NCBI GenBank assembly: GCA_964627195.1
Contig: CAZVJU010000001.1
Span: 9,066-73,065, forward strand
Length of the DNA stretch: 64,000 bases
Reading direction: 5' to 3'
From: an uncultured Gammaproteobacteria bacterium
Lineage (GTDB): Bacteria; Patescibacteriota; Microgenomatia; UBA8517
Under the pieces are notes generated by a model, which was not told the DNA's origin, ran no database searches, and worked only from the letters and a program-made list of their open reading frames with translations. The translations under genes and the position numbers were made by a program. Below are positions 1 through 9,992 of the stretch, one piece after another (positions within the stretch are counted from its first letter, which is position 1; every line of letters begins with the position of its first letter).

Positions 1-1508
1 TCTTCTGGCTGAGCCGATAATCGAGTACTATTTACCACTAGGTATGTTTTGTTTCCAGATCTTCTTGATTCAATAAGAGAAATTGGGACCTCTCTTATCG
101 GTAAACCCACACCAATTATAGTTATTGCCGGTAAGTCATGAAGATAGATTTGAAGCCCGTCCGGTAAGGTACCAAAATAACCTTCTGTTCCGACAATTAC
201 CTGCCTGCCGGCAGGCAGGTTTTTTGCTTGCTCTCTCATATACTCCGATACTTCCTTAATTCCATAACCCGAGGTCCATTCTTCCAAATAACCGGATCTC
301 TCACTTCTTGGTAAATTTGCAGCTTGTGGATTTACAAGAAGCTGAGAGTCGATAAACAAAGCATGAATAAAGAAAAAAATAATCATAATTTTAATTACTA
401 ACCCGAAATGTGAACCTATACCTATAACATCTGGAAAGTGTTTTAACTTCACACTTTGAAGTTCTTGCTTAAAGCAAAAAGTCGAGAGTCCAGCTAGAAT
501 AAAAAGGTAAGGAACTGAAAAATAAACATAACGGGCAGTCATGGTCTTTGAAAATTCTGAGAAAGCAACAATAGGTATAATACTCCAGGCAAGTAGAATT
601 AGAGTTTCTTTTGGCTTCGTTTTCAATCCGAAATAAATTCCAATTATGATTAAGAAAAGTAAAATGCTGGGAGCTAAAATCCAATAATATTCCACTATCC
701 TATCCAAATATGGTAAAAGGGGATCAAGAGGGCTGGTGAAAATATGAGAAAACGGATATACATAATCCTTATTTCTTATAGCAATCATTTGGAAGTTCGG
801 TCCTAAACGAAGGATATTGTACAGTGCAAAACCAATTCCATAAGTAAACGTAAACAAAAATACAAGGACACTTAACTTAAAGAAAATCTTTTTTAAACTT
901 CTACCCCAGTCAGATAAAAGTAAGGTTGACGGCAAAAGAAAGGTAAAAATGCTAGCAGGAGATTTAGTTAAATAAGCTCCTCCGAGCATAAAACCGGCAA
1001 GCATTGCAGAATCAAGACGTATCTTCCGAACAGTAATTACCGCAAAAACCAAAGCCCATACACCAAACATGGATAGCATTGAATCAGATAGCGCAAGTCT
1101 GTCAAAAAATACACTAAAGGGAGAAACCGCATATATGAGACTTGCAAACAATGCAGTTTTTTTATGTCTAAACAATAGATATGCTAAGACAAATATTCCG
1201 ACTGAAGTACCGACTCCCGATATTACCGAAACGGATCTTCCCGCGAAAAGCGGATCAGAAAATATTTTTAAAAAAGGAATTACACTCCACATAAAAAGTG
1301 GTTGTTTACCATCAGAAAGTGGTAAAAATCTCAAAGTTGGTTCTGCCCGCATTACCTGAGCCCAACGGATATAGATTGCTTCATCTCCAAAAACCGGGAG
1401 AATTGTCAGATTATATAATCTTAGAAACAAAGCAATAACAAGAACTCCAAAGCCAATTAAAACTCCCCACTTTTTACTTTTCCATATCTTTTTCATATGA
1501 GCTGTCAT
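1..1508 (-). CDS. GT-C fold membrane glycosyltransferase (ArnT/PMT-like); C-terminal end runs off the window
   Basis: I translated the minus strand by hand from ATG 1508 (MTAHMKKIWKSKKWGVLIGFGVLVIALFLRLYNLTILPVFGDEAIYIRWAQ...). It stays open to position 1, so it is absent from the ORF track (no stop in the window). It is multi-TM with a soluble C-terminal part, like its neighbours. Track ORF 469..684 is an off-frame shadow of it. Confidence 0.7.
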   Translation of the reverse strand, partial: MTAHMKKIWKSKKWGVLIGFGVLVIALFLRLYNLTILPVFGDEAIYIRWAQVMRAEPTLRFLPLSDGKQPLFMWSVIPFLKIFSDPLFAGRSVSVISGVGTSVGIFVLAYLLFRHKKTALFASLIYAVSPFSVFFDRLALSDSMLSMFGVWALVFAVITVRKIRLDSAMLAGFMLGGAYLTKSPASIFTFLLPSTLLLSDWGRSLKKIFFKLSVLVFLFTFTYGIGFALYNILRLGPNFQMIAIRNKDYVYPFSHIFTSPLDPLLPYLDRIVEYYWILAPSILLFLIIIGIYFGLKTKPKETLILLAWSIIPIVAFSEFSKTMTARYVYFSVPYLFILAGLSTFCFKQELQSVKLKHFPDVIGIGSHFGLVIKIMIIFFFIHALFIDSQLLVNPQAANLPRSERSGYLEEWTSGYGIKEVSEYMREQAKNLPAGRQVIVGTEGYFGTLPDGLQIYLHDLPAITIIGVGLPIREVPISLIESRRSGNKTYLVVNSTRLSAQPE

Positions 1509-1527
1509 ACTATCCAAAGTATCCGAA

Positions 1528-2985
1528 TTATAGATTAATTCTCCTGACTAAAATTTTATCCCTATCACTTTTTATTATCTCATATTTATCAGTCGAAATT
1601 CCTGATCCGTCAAGCCTCCACTGGTGGGTAATTAATACAAAAGGTTCATCCGCACCAAACAAATAGTTAAGCTCTTCGTTTCGAATTTGTTGAACATTTT
1701 TTTCCGAATAATAAATTGCAGCCGGACCAAAATCCTCATCGATATAAAACTTTTCTTTAAACTTTCCGGCCTCTTTTGAAAGAATCGCCTCGTCAGAAAT
1801 ATAGGCCGGGATATCAATAAACTCATACCAATCCCGCTTTATTTGAAGGTATGAATAGTAAAACCCAATCACTAAAATACCAAAAAAAATGACCGGAAAC
1901 TTTACTGTACTTAGAAGACCGTTTATGCTTCGGAACCTTTTACCAAGTTTTCCAGAACAATAAAGAAAAAAATCTGCGACTTTATCAAATAAAAGCACGG
2001 TAAAACCAAAAAATGCAATTATCATAAAAGGATGAAGTGGGACAAGCTGCCAGATATGACCTTTTTGCGAAAAAAGAAATGGCGTGAAGAAGGAAAAAAA
2101 GAAGATAGATAGTATCCAATATTTTTTCTGAAAAGTAAAAGGCCCTAAGACTAGAGAAATAATTCCTGGCCAAAACCACTTACCGATTCCATTATGAAGG
2201 TAGTCTTTCATTAACTTCAAATTTTCAGAAAAAGAAGTCTCAACCCCAACCCCGGGAAGTCCAATTTTAAAATAATGCTTCAAAAAACCAGGCTGATGTA
2301 CTCCCTGATACAAAAACCATCCTCCTACCAGAAAGAAAAAAAGTAAAAACGGTCTTTTTAATTCTGATAGCTTTACTTTTTTTGCTGTAATGAAAATAAA
2401 GACTATAGTTGGGAGTAAAGTAAAAGGCACTGCGGTTTTTATCAAAAATAAAAACGCAAGACTCAGTGAAAAGAGGACTAGATACTTTCTGTTCTCTGAT
2501 GCAAGCAGTGCAAGATATACGGTTAAAACAAAAAAGAAAGTGAGTGGAACATCAAGATTGCCGGAACGTGCCCTGAATAAAAACCATGGCGAACCGGCTA
2601 AGGCTATCGCAGAAATAATTCCTACGATGGGTTTGAAAAGATACTTACCTAAAAGATATGTGCATATGAGAGTAAAAAAACCTAAAGTCGCTGAAGAAAA
2701 TCGTGTCGAAAATTCAGTGATTCCAAAAACAAGATAACTTGCTGCCGTCAACAAAAATCCTCCCGGAGGGTGGTCGATAAAGACACGGCCGTTCCAGATT
2801 AAGTTGATCGGGTCTTTGGTCTTCAAAATATTCCGAGCTATATCTGCATACCATGCCTCATCGAAACTAACTAAGGAAGATTGCCCGAGTTTATATAAAA
2901 AAAGCGGTAAAGTTAAAAGAACTAAAAAAAATGCAAAAACATCAATGCCATAAACTTTCAAAGAATCGGTAAACTTTTCTCTCAT
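1528..2985 (-). CDS. GT-C fold membrane glycosyltransferase (ArnT/PMT family, GT39/GT83-like)
   Basis: 485-aa polytopic ORF. The loop after TM1 reads SFDEAWYADIARNIL, the D/E-rich first-loop signature of ArnT/PMT enzymes. It has a soluble C-terminal domain. Confidence 0.75.
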   Translation of the reverse strand: MREKFTDSLKVYGIDVFAFFLVLLTLPLFLYKLGQSSLVSFDEAWYADIARNILKTKDPINLIWNGRVFIDHPPGGFLLTAASYLVFGITEFSTRFSSATLGFFTLICTYLLGKYLFKPIVGIISAIALAGSPWFLFRARSGNLDVPLTFFFVLTVYLALLASENRKYLVLFSLSLAFLFLIKTAVPFTLLPTIVFIFITAKKVKLSELKRPFLLFFFLVGGWFLYQGVHQPGFLKHYFKIGLPGVGVETSFSENLKLMKDYLHNGIGKWFWPGIISLVLGPFTFQKKYWILSIFFFSFFTPFLFSQKGHIWQLVPLHPFMIIAFFGFTVLLFDKVADFFLYCSGKLGKRFRSINGLLSTVKFPVIFFGILVIGFYYSYLQIKRDWYEFIDIPAYISDEAILSKEAGKFKEKFYIDEDFGPAAIYYSEKNVQQIRNEELNYLFGADEPFVLITHQWRLDGSGISTDKYEIIKSDRDKILVRRINL

Positions 2986-3043
2986 TCAACACATCTGCAA
3001 GATAAATACTATATACACCCTGAGGGGTTCAACCTTTAAAGGT

Positions 3044-3808
3044 CTAATAAAGACCTCTCATGTCGTTTAATTTTACTCTCAAAATTTGTGTAAGCATTTC
3101 CTTTGATTCACGGGCATATCTAGTGAAAATCCCGCCTTTATTTTTACTGATATCGATATCCTCCCAAAGAACAGGTACTTCTTCTATTTGAAAACCCATT
3201 TTTTTAACGATGTATAAAAACTCAACATCCCAAGATGTTACTTTCCAACCTTTGACAACTGTTTCTTTTCTAAAAAACTCCAACTTTGGAAAGCCTCTTT
3301 CTACAACTTCCTTTTTAAAAAGCTTGAAACCGCACTGAGTATCATCAATTTCGGGCAAAATAAAAAGTTTCCTCACAGCCATAAAAACAATTGATCCAAG
3401 TCTTCTGTAGACAGGAAAGTTCTTGCGCAACAACCCACGGGATCCTATAACCGCCCCAACCTTATCTCCCAAAAAAGGCAACAACTTATCCAGTTGATTA
3501 ATAGGGGTAGACTGGTCCATATCAGTGAAAAGCACATATTTTCCCTTCGCAGACTTAATACCATATAATAAAGCTGAGGGTTTTCCACCGTGGGGGTTTT
3601 CTAGAAGTCTGAAATTCTTCCATTCTCTTATTTGATCTTTAATGATATTTTTGCTTAAGTCAGTACTTCCGTCGTCTGAAACAATCACTTCCCAAGAGAA
3701 ATTTTTTTCTTTCAGAAAATCACACACATCAGACAGTACATTTCTTGTCAAATTCTCTTCCTCGTTATAACAGGGGATAATTACCGAAATGAAAATATTT
3801 TTAGTCAT
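3044..3808 (-). CDS. GT2 (GT-A) glycosyltransferase, polyprenol-phosphate sugar synthase-like
   Basis: N-terminal IIPCYNEEENL, then SDDGSTD and TDMDQS (DxD) motifs. It is soluble and 254 aa, sitting between two GT-C genes. Confidence 0.8.
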   Translation of the reverse strand: MTKNIFISVIIPCYNEEENLTRNVLSDVCDFLKEKNFSWEVIVSDDGSTDLSKNIIKDQIREWKNFRLLENPHGGKPSALLYGIKSAKGKYVLFTDMDQSTPINQLDKLLPFLGDKVGAVIGSRGLLRKNFPVYRRLGSIVFMAVRKLFILPEIDDTQCGFKLFKKEVVERGFPKLEFFRKETVVKGWKVTSWDVEFLYIVKKMGFQIEEVPVLWEDIDISKNKGGIFTRYARESKEMLTQILRVKLNDMRGLY

Positions 3809-3811
3809 ACA

Positions 3812-5365
3812 TTATTTCATTCTAATTCTTCGCTGAACTATTATTCCACCAAACTTCTGCTCTACTTCGATTCTGGTTGAATTTTCATATTTCGAGAGCC
3901 AAGCTGAAAGCCTCTCGGGGTGAGGCGGATCAACCTCGTATAAAATATACAAAGTCGGAAGCGGCCTATCTGTAACTAAGCCACACTTATCCTTCGGACA
4001 CCTGCTCGTAGTTTGCCACAAAAAAAGATAATCATAAGCATAAGGAATGACAGGCGGGACATAAACATCGACATTAAACTCACTCCCATTAGCATCCAGT
4101 ATTATCCAGTCGACAGCTTGAAGTTGGTTACCCATTGTAATGTGGGTTGGCCCGTCTACTCCTGCCATAATAAGATTTTTATCCAGCGTTAGGCTCAAAC
4201 GTAGAAAGGAAATAAAAAATAGAATGATAATTACCTTACCGATAAGACTTTTCCATATGTATCCAAAGCCTATTGAGAAAAGAAGTATCATAGGAAGGTA
4301 GTAACCTGTGAGATAATAATCGTAAATATTTCCGTAATTTCCTTGAAAGAAAATATAGCCAACCATTGGCACTCCGATAAAAACTACCAAAAGAGAAGCT
4401 GCTTTGGAAATTTTCTTTAAAGCCAACAAAAGGCCGATAATTGAAGCGTAATAGTAAAGGTTCGCATACTTTACCGGACCCGGGAAAATTTTTGAGCTAA
4501 AAACATCCCAGAAAAAATCTCTTTTTTTGATCAAATTATAAGAGCTGAAAGGAGACCGAAAGCTCCTCTCTTCAATTAAGACTTTCGCAAAGTTATTGAA
4601 AAGTAAGTTCTCATGGCGGAAGTTAAAAACTATCTGAGGCAATAAAGTCAGTCCGAAGAATGCTAGTGCCAGAACTAAAGTTTTCCTGTCAAGCAATGAA
4701 CTTTTGTCAGTAAAAAACATGTAAACATAAAAAACTAAAACCATCGGAATATAAAATACCGCGCTCGCTGCTTCAAAATGGAGCGATACTCCGATAAGTG
4801 CTGCAATAACCAACCACCACACCTTGGTATATTTAGTTTTCTCCTCGACTAATTTCCACATCGCAAAGAGAAGCAAAACGCTTGTTAAAAAAATCGGTGT
4901 GGGATTGGCTAACCACCGTCCCGCCAAAACCATGTAGTATGAAAATCCTGCGATTGCCGCTGCAATTAAACCTGTCATACGACTCTGCATTTGCCAGCCT
5001 AAATAATAGGTAACCGCGATTGCACAAGTAACCAAAAAAGCTAAAAATGCTGCCGGATAAATTGGATTTCCTCCTCCAAGCAGATAAAATGGGGCAATTA
5101 AATAATAGTAAAAAGGACCCAAAAAAATTCCGGCAAGGCCCGTAACCGGTCCGATCAGAAAAGGTTTTCCCTCGTGCCAAAGTTTCCAGATTACAAGTGC
5201 ATCCCGACCCTGATCAAAATAAAATCTCAATAAAGCTTCGGTTCTATAAACTCTTACAAAAAATGCTCCGACCAAAATAACAGCAAGCAGTAAGTAGACC
5301 AAAGTATGTGATTTTATTTCTTTAATCCAAAATTTCATTGTAGAAGCCAATAAGTATGTAAACAT
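3812..5365 (-). CDS. GT-C-like polytopic membrane glycosyltransferase
   Basis: 517-aa ORF with many TM helices and a C-terminal soluble domain. Its architecture parallels 7548..9158 (FDQGRDALV / GDEGRDVIV after TM1). Confidence 0.65.
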   Translation of the reverse strand: MFTYLLASTMKFWIKEIKSHTLVYLLLAVILVGAFFVRVYRTEALLRFYFDQGRDALVIWKLWHEGKPFLIGPVTGLAGIFLGPFYYYLIAPFYLLGGGNPIYPAAFLAFLVTCAIAVTYYLGWQMQSRMTGLIAAAIAGFSYYMVLAGRWLANPTPIFLTSVLLLFAMWKLVEEKTKYTKVWWLVIAALIGVSLHFEAASAVFYIPMVLVFYVYMFFTDKSSLLDRKTLVLALAFFGLTLLPQIVFNFRHENLLFNNFAKVLIEERSFRSPFSSYNLIKKRDFFWDVFSSKIFPGPVKYANLYYYASIIGLLLALKKISKAASLLVVFIGVPMVGYIFFQGNYGNIYDYYLTGYYLPMILLFSIGFGYIWKSLIGKVIIILFFISFLRLSLTLDKNLIMAGVDGPTHITMGNQLQAVDWIILDANGSEFNVDVYVPPVIPYAYDYLFLWQTTSRCPKDKCGLVTDRPLPTLYILYEVDPPHPERLSAWLSKYENSTRIEVEQKFGGIIVQRRIRMK

Positions 5366-5400
5366 TATTATTACTAATTCTACCTCAAAATCTGAAGAAG

Positions 5401-5525
5401 TTTATAACAGCATTCAAGAAAGCTCCAGGCTTTCAGCCTGGAGATGAATTGAACGCTGTTCGTCATCCTCTTTAGAAGAAACCCCCGAGTCATACTCGGG
5501 AGAGGATGTTATTAACTCTCGGTTT
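5401..5525 (+). repeat. Two-hairpin repeat element, copy 1 (family also at 37161-37276 and 55536-55651)
   Basis: Shares TTTATAACAGCATTCAAGAAA, ATGAATTGAACGCTG and CATCCTC...GAGGATG blocks with the other copies. Its apical stems are CTCCAGGCT/AGCCTGGAG and CCCGAGT/ACTCGGG. It overlaps the last codons and the stop of the NUDIX gene. Confidence 0.85.
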
Positions 5526-5930
5526 AAAGTAGTCAGGAAGTTCTGAAAAGTTTTTTAATTCCTCTTTGGTAAACCACCTTACCTCCTCCTGATCTTCAAG
5601 TGGTTTAGCTTTTCCGGATTTCCACTTACACAAAAATGTTAAACCAACAACATGATGTCCACTAACTCTGGTAAAACCATCGTTCTCAATTAATATTACT
5701 TCATCTTCTATCTCAATTCCTACCTCTTCCATCACCTCTCTTTTTAAAGTACTTTCCAATATTCCCCTTCCTTCTTCCAAATCTACCTTTCCTCCAGGAA
5801 CCGACCAAACTCCTGGTGCTTGCGGATCGTTTACACTTCTTTTCGCCAACAAAATCTTTCCGTCTTTTTCAACAAAAGCGAATACTGCAACGACATGAGT
5901 AGCAATATCTGTTTCTTTGGGTTTATTCAT
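5490..5930 (-). CDS. NUDIX hydrolase
   Basis: Nudix box GGKVDLEEGRGILESTLKREVMEEVGI (GX5EX7REUXEEXGU). Confidence 0.85.
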   Translation of the reverse strand: MNKPKETDIATHVVAVFAFVEKDGKILLAKRSVNDPQAPGVWSVPGGKVDLEEGRGILESTLKREVMEEVGIEIEDEVILIENDGFTRVSGHHVVGLTFLCKWKSGKAKPLEDQEEVRWFTKEELKNFSELPDYFKPRVNNILSRV

Positions 5931-6540
5931 AAATCTTTACAATATAGGCCAACCACGGACTTCCATTTTCAGGGACAATTCGTCTTTTCCTGTATACACT
6001 AAAACCGGCTTTTGAAAGTTCGCTTTCAAATTCCTCTTGACCCCATAGGCTATAATACCGTCCTGGCCTACTCTCCTCCATATTCAAATTTCCTTCCATA
6101 ATAGAGATAAACCCAAAAGAGCCCTTTTTAACGCAACTCTTAATTTTATTAAATGCCTTTTGCAATTTATTCTTCGGAATGTGTATCAACACTGCACAAG
6201 CCCAAAAAACATCAAATGAATTAGAGGGAAATTCCATGTCAAAAATATTTGTTTTAAGAATTTTGATACCCGGAATTTTTTCCTTGACTATTCTTATAAG
6301 ACCTTCTGCAGGCTCAACTCCAATGTAGTTTTCCAGTCCAAAGTGTCTGATAAGTTCAGGTGCATCCGGCCCGATGCCTACTCCAATTTCTATAATCTTG
6401 CCTGAAGGAGCTAGATCAATAATTTTCTTCCGATCCTCTTTAAATCTTTCATCACTACCATGTTTCTTAACCCTCTCGAAAGCATGGGTATCGTAGTAAT
6501 TTATCGTTTTAAGCTCTTTTGCCGTTAGTTTGATATTCAT
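5923..6540 (-). CDS. Class I SAM-dependent methyltransferase
   Basis: Motif I IIEIGVGIGPDA, with downstream acidic and hydrophobic motifs typical of Methyltransf_11/25 proteins. Confidence 0.75.
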   Translation of the reverse strand: MNIKLTAKELKTINYYDTHAFERVKKHGSDERFKEDRKKIIDLAPSGKIIEIGVGIGPDAPELIRHFGLENYIGVEPAEGLIRIVKEKIPGIKILKTNIFDMEFPSNSFDVFWACAVLIHIPKNKLQKAFNKIKSCVKKGSFGFISIMEGNLNMEESRPGRYYSLWGQEEFESELSKAGFSVYRKRRIVPENGSPWLAYIVKIYE

Positions 6541-6546
6541 ATAAAT

Positions 6547-7551
6547 CTAGTGATACTTTTTTTCATTTTTGACAATTTCTCGGGCAGTAGTCAGTACTTT
6601 TTCTACTGCCTGATCAAACTGCAATCCTTCAATTACTGCAGCAGAACTGTCTCTGTGTCCACCCCCACCGAGTTCTCTTGCAATTTTTTCAGTGTTAAAA
6701 CGCCCGGCAGAACGGAAACTAACCATCAGTTTATTCTTCTCCTCTTCAACCATTAAGATACCAAAATCTCCTTCGCGCGTGCTCCCAAAAAACATATTTG
6801 CGGTTTGATTTTTCGCGGCTTCAGGTCTTCCACAATTGTCAAAAACATCGACTGGTATTGCACTCCAGAGAAAACTAAGGTCTTTTTCAAATTTTAATCT
6901 ATACAAAACCTCGCCGATAAATCTCACTAAACTAATAGGCATTCTTGCGAAAAGCTGATCGGTTATAAATTGCCGATCTGCTCCTGCTTTTATCAAAGTG
7001 GCAGCAGTTTCTAACGTCCGATCAGTAGTAAGAGGAATCTTAAAGCAAAGTGTATCTCCTATTATGCCGGATAAAAGTGCTGTAGCCGTACTCTTATCTA
7101 TCTCAAACTCCCAATCCCGGAAAATCTGATACAAAACCTCGGAGCACGAAGAAACTTGAGGATCAATAAGTGAAATATCGGTAAATTTTTCCCGCGGTTC
7201 ATGGTGATCGATTTGAATCTTATAAATACCTTTAGGTGGAATAGAAGTTTTGTCCCCGGTTACAAAATCCCAGCTTGGGGAATCCAAAATCAAAAAAAGA
7301 TCATAATCCAGAAAGTTAAATTCTTTATAATGTATCACCTTAATTTCTTCACTAAAAGGCAAAAAACCAACTACCTCGGGAATCGGATAGGGACTTATCA
7401 TTTGTACTTCCTTGCCAAGTTTTTTTAATACTGAGTATAAAGCAATTGCACTGGAAACCGAATCCGGATCTGGCCGTCGGTGGCAATTGATAAGAATTTT
7501 TTTAGCCTTTATTATCGTCTCTAAAATATCCTTTGATTCTTTGTAAGTCAT
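6547..7551 (-). CDS. DHH/DHHA1 phosphoesterase (NrnA-like oligoribonuclease / pAp phosphatase)
   Basis: Motifs HRRPDPDS, DHH (QIDHHEP) and a C-terminal GGGGH. Confidence 0.85.
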   Translation of the reverse strand: MTYKESKDILETIIKAKKILINCHRRPDPDSVSSAIALYSVLKKLGKEVQMISPYPIPEVVGFLPFSEEIKVIHYKEFNFLDYDLFLILDSPSWDFVTGDKTSIPPKGIYKIQIDHHEPREKFTDISLIDPQVSSCSEVLYQIFRDWEFEIDKSTATALLSGIIGDTLCFKIPLTTDRTLETAATLIKAGADRQFITDQLFARMPISLVRFIGEVLYRLKFEKDLSFLWSAIPVDVFDNCGRPEAAKNQTANMFFGSTREGDFGILMVEEEKNKLMVSFRSAGRFNTEKIARELGGGGHRDSSAAVIEGLQFDQAVEKVLTTAREIVKNEKKYH

Positions 7552-9158
7552 TGCGAGTGGGTAAGCTTATATAGAGTTACGCCTGCAACCTCCCATTGGT
7601 TTTCAACTTTAGTCCAGCCGAAATTGGCGATTTCTGCTTTTGGATTGTGCGTTGGATCGCATAAAAAATTCGGGAGCTCGCAAATAACAAAAAGTTGATC
7701 GGTAATTGTATCACCTGCACGCTGCGGGTCAATCTTCACCAAGGGTGCACCCCATACTTCCAAAAAATACTGGTATGCCCCTTCGTAATTTCTTTCAGCA
7801 ATAACCGCTAGGTTGAATTCCCTACTTTGTGATTCATCCACTATTTTTTGCGCAACCTCGGTAGTTCTTTGTAACTGCCTATTCGGCGGATATCGGAGAG
7901 GACTGAAACGAATATTGAGAAGGATGAGAAAAATTACTGCTGTAAAAATAATTAAATATGTCAACCAGTGCAATAACACTATTTTTTCTTTGGCACTCCC
8001 TATTAGTGTAGTAACCAGCCCGCCGAAAAGCATAAATGGTGCCGGGAAGAAAAAGCCATAATAATGATCATATATCTCCTGTTTGTAAAGCCCTAATCCC
8101 ACAAGGGCAACCCCCAACCAAACAAAAAGTAACAAGAAAGCATGAATATCTTTGTTATGAAGCAGTTTCACATTTTTCAATAACCTAACGATTAAAAGCG
8201 TAATTCCCAAGGCAAAAAATAAAGACAAAAACTTGCCGACCAAAAAGTACATGCCACTTAATAACCGTGTATTAATTTTTTCAACAATTGGCCACAGTTT
8301 AGGCACTGCCGTCCAAGGCCTTATTGACACCGTAGTTTGACGCTCGAAAAAAAACCGCTTGACTGCCGAAAAATTCCTCCATCCATGCCGAGCATCGAAA
8401 AGTGCTAGGGGGCTCATTAAAAGTAAAAAAATAAGCGTAGAGTATATAGTATTTTGTATAAAGTATTTAGTATTTTTTGTTTTTCTAAGGTGTAAAAATG
8501 CCAGGAACCAAAATACCCCTATTACCGGTGCCAAGAGTAAACCAAGATAATGCGACTGAAGAACAAAAGAGTAAGATACTCCAAGAATTATTAACCACTT
8601 CAATTCATTAAATCGCCATATTCTCCAAACCGAATAAATACAAAGTAATGCAAAAAAAGGCATAATATTCGGATTCCAGGAAGAATGGGAATAGACAATA
8701 ACAATCGGAGCAGTTGCATATAAAAGGCTGGCCAAAAATGCAGCTAATTTACCAAACCATTCTCGGGTAACATACCAAACAAAAAATACTGTCGCCAAGC
8801 CCAAAAGTGCAACCATTACTGCAGGCCCAACAGGAGAAAAGTTTGCCAATAAAAGTGCCGGAGCCATCATGTAGTAATACAAAGGGCCCAGGTACATATC
8901 ACCGATTGAGGTTCCGGGCCCGACTAAAATCGGATCAAAATCTACCAGAAGTTTTCTAACGACTATAACGTCTCTACCTTCATCTCCAAGAAAAGTCATG
9001 TATTCGTTGATGCGATAAAGCCGGAGAAATGCTCCTGCAAAAAGTATCATGGCAATAAGAAGTGCTTCGAACCGATTCGTTTTAACCCACTTCATCACAT
9101 TAGTAGTTAGTAGTCTGTAGCTAGTAAATAGGTTTTTTATCATCGAAGCTGATACCAA
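7548..9158 (-). CDS. GT-C-like polytopic membrane glycosyltransferase
   Basis: 536-aa ORF with about 12 TM helices, GDEGRDVIV after TM1 and a soluble C-terminal domain. It overlaps the upstream GT2 gene by 19 nt, so the two are probably translationally coupled. Confidence 0.7.
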   Translation of the reverse strand: MVSASMIKNLFTSYRLLTTNVMKWVKTNRFEALLIAMILFAGAFLRLYRINEYMTFLGDEGRDVIVVRKLLVDFDPILVGPGTSIGDMYLGPLYYYMMAPALLLANFSPVGPAVMVALLGLATVFFVWYVTREWFGKLAAFLASLLYATAPIVIVYSHSSWNPNIMPFFALLCIYSVWRIWRFNELKWLIILGVSYSFVLQSHYLGLLLAPVIGVFWFLAFLHLRKTKNTKYFIQNTIYSTLIFLLLMSPLALFDARHGWRNFSAVKRFFFERQTTVSIRPWTAVPKLWPIVEKINTRLLSGMYFLVGKFLSLFFALGITLLIVRLLKNVKLLHNKDIHAFLLLFVWLGVALVGLGLYKQEIYDHYYGFFFPAPFMLFGGLVTTLIGSAKEKIVLLHWLTYLIIFTAVIFLILLNIRFSPLRYPPNRQLQRTTEVAQKIVDESQSREFNLAVIAERNYEGAYQYFLEVWGAPLVKIDPQRAGDTITDQLFVICELPNFLCDPTHNPKAEIANFGWTKVENQWEVAGVTLYKLTHSQ

Positions 9159-9850
9159 AGTTTTAAAAGATCTCGCACACTTCTTAAAATTACTTTCAAA
9201 TCAGCTCCGGTTTGGTGACCAAATTTTCGGGGATAGTGGTGAACTCCAACTTCGGCAAATCTAAAACCTAACCTTTGAGCTTTCGTTAACATTTCAATTT
9301 GGGTTACTTTCTCTTCTCCAACAAGAGGTTGAACCTTTTCATAGACTTTCTTTCTGATCATCTTAAAACCGCAGGAATAATCTGTTACCTTTAGTCCAAG
9401 TAAAATCCGAGGAAGTATCTTTGCCCAAACTAAGGTAAAAAGTTTGCGTATAAAGGAGTCAGCACGTTTCATTCGAATTCCCAAGATTAAATCTGCTTTT
9501 GTATCCTTTTGCTTCTCGATAAACTTTACAATTTCTGAAAAATCAAACTGTCGATCAATGTCTGCAAAAGCTATCCACGGATACTTCGCTGCTTCATATC
9601 CGGCCTTGAGTGCACCTCCGTAACCTCTATTTGGTTGATTATGAACAACTCGAATATCTCTATACTTCTTGGACAGATTGTCTGCAATTTTTCCTGTAGC
9701 ATCCTTTGAACCATCATCAACAATAATTATTTCCCATTTATCTGCAATTCTTTGCAAAACTTTTTTTGCCTCGAGAATAGTTTTCTTAACGTTTTTCTCT
9801 TCGTTGTAGGCTGGAAAAAAGACTGAAAGCTCTTTAATCAGTTTTGCCAT
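9140..9850 (-). CDS. GT2 glycosyltransferase, polyprenol-phosphate sugar synthase-like
   Basis: Motifs FFPAYNEEKNV, VDDGSKD and ADIDRQ (DxD-like). It is soluble and 236 aa. Confidence 0.8.
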   Translation of the reverse strand: MAKLIKELSVFFPAYNEEKNVKKTILEAKKVLQRIADKWEIIIVDDGSKDATGKIADNLSKKYRDIRVVHNQPNRGYGGALKAGYEAAKYPWIAFADIDRQFDFSEIVKFIEKQKDTKADLILGIRMKRADSFIRKLFTLVWAKILPRILLGLKVTDYSCGFKMIRKKVYEKVQPLVGEEKVTQIEMLTKAQRLGFRFAEVGVHHYPRKFGHQTGADLKVILRSVRDLLKLWYQLR

Positions 9851-9992
9851 GTTTGCATTTGAAGTCTAACATAAACCAAGCAGCCTATTCCAATATAAAG
9901 TGGACTTGACATTATCCAAATAAAAAACGAAAATCTAGACAATGAAAAAGAAAATTATTAAAGGAAAGGTAATAAGTAGAATTATATTACAG

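Noticed and set aside
469-684. Track ORF of 71 aa on the minus strand
   Set aside because: It is an off-frame shadow. A different minus-strand frame is open from 1508 to position 1 and encodes a coherent GT-C membrane protein.
9901-9992. TTGACA-containing spacer with a 24-codon plus-strand ORF (ATG at 9942)
   Set aside because: The ORF is tiny, Lys/Ile-rich and overlaps the CBS gene 3' end. There is no supporting RBS or conservation signal, so it is more likely chance sequence in the spacer.
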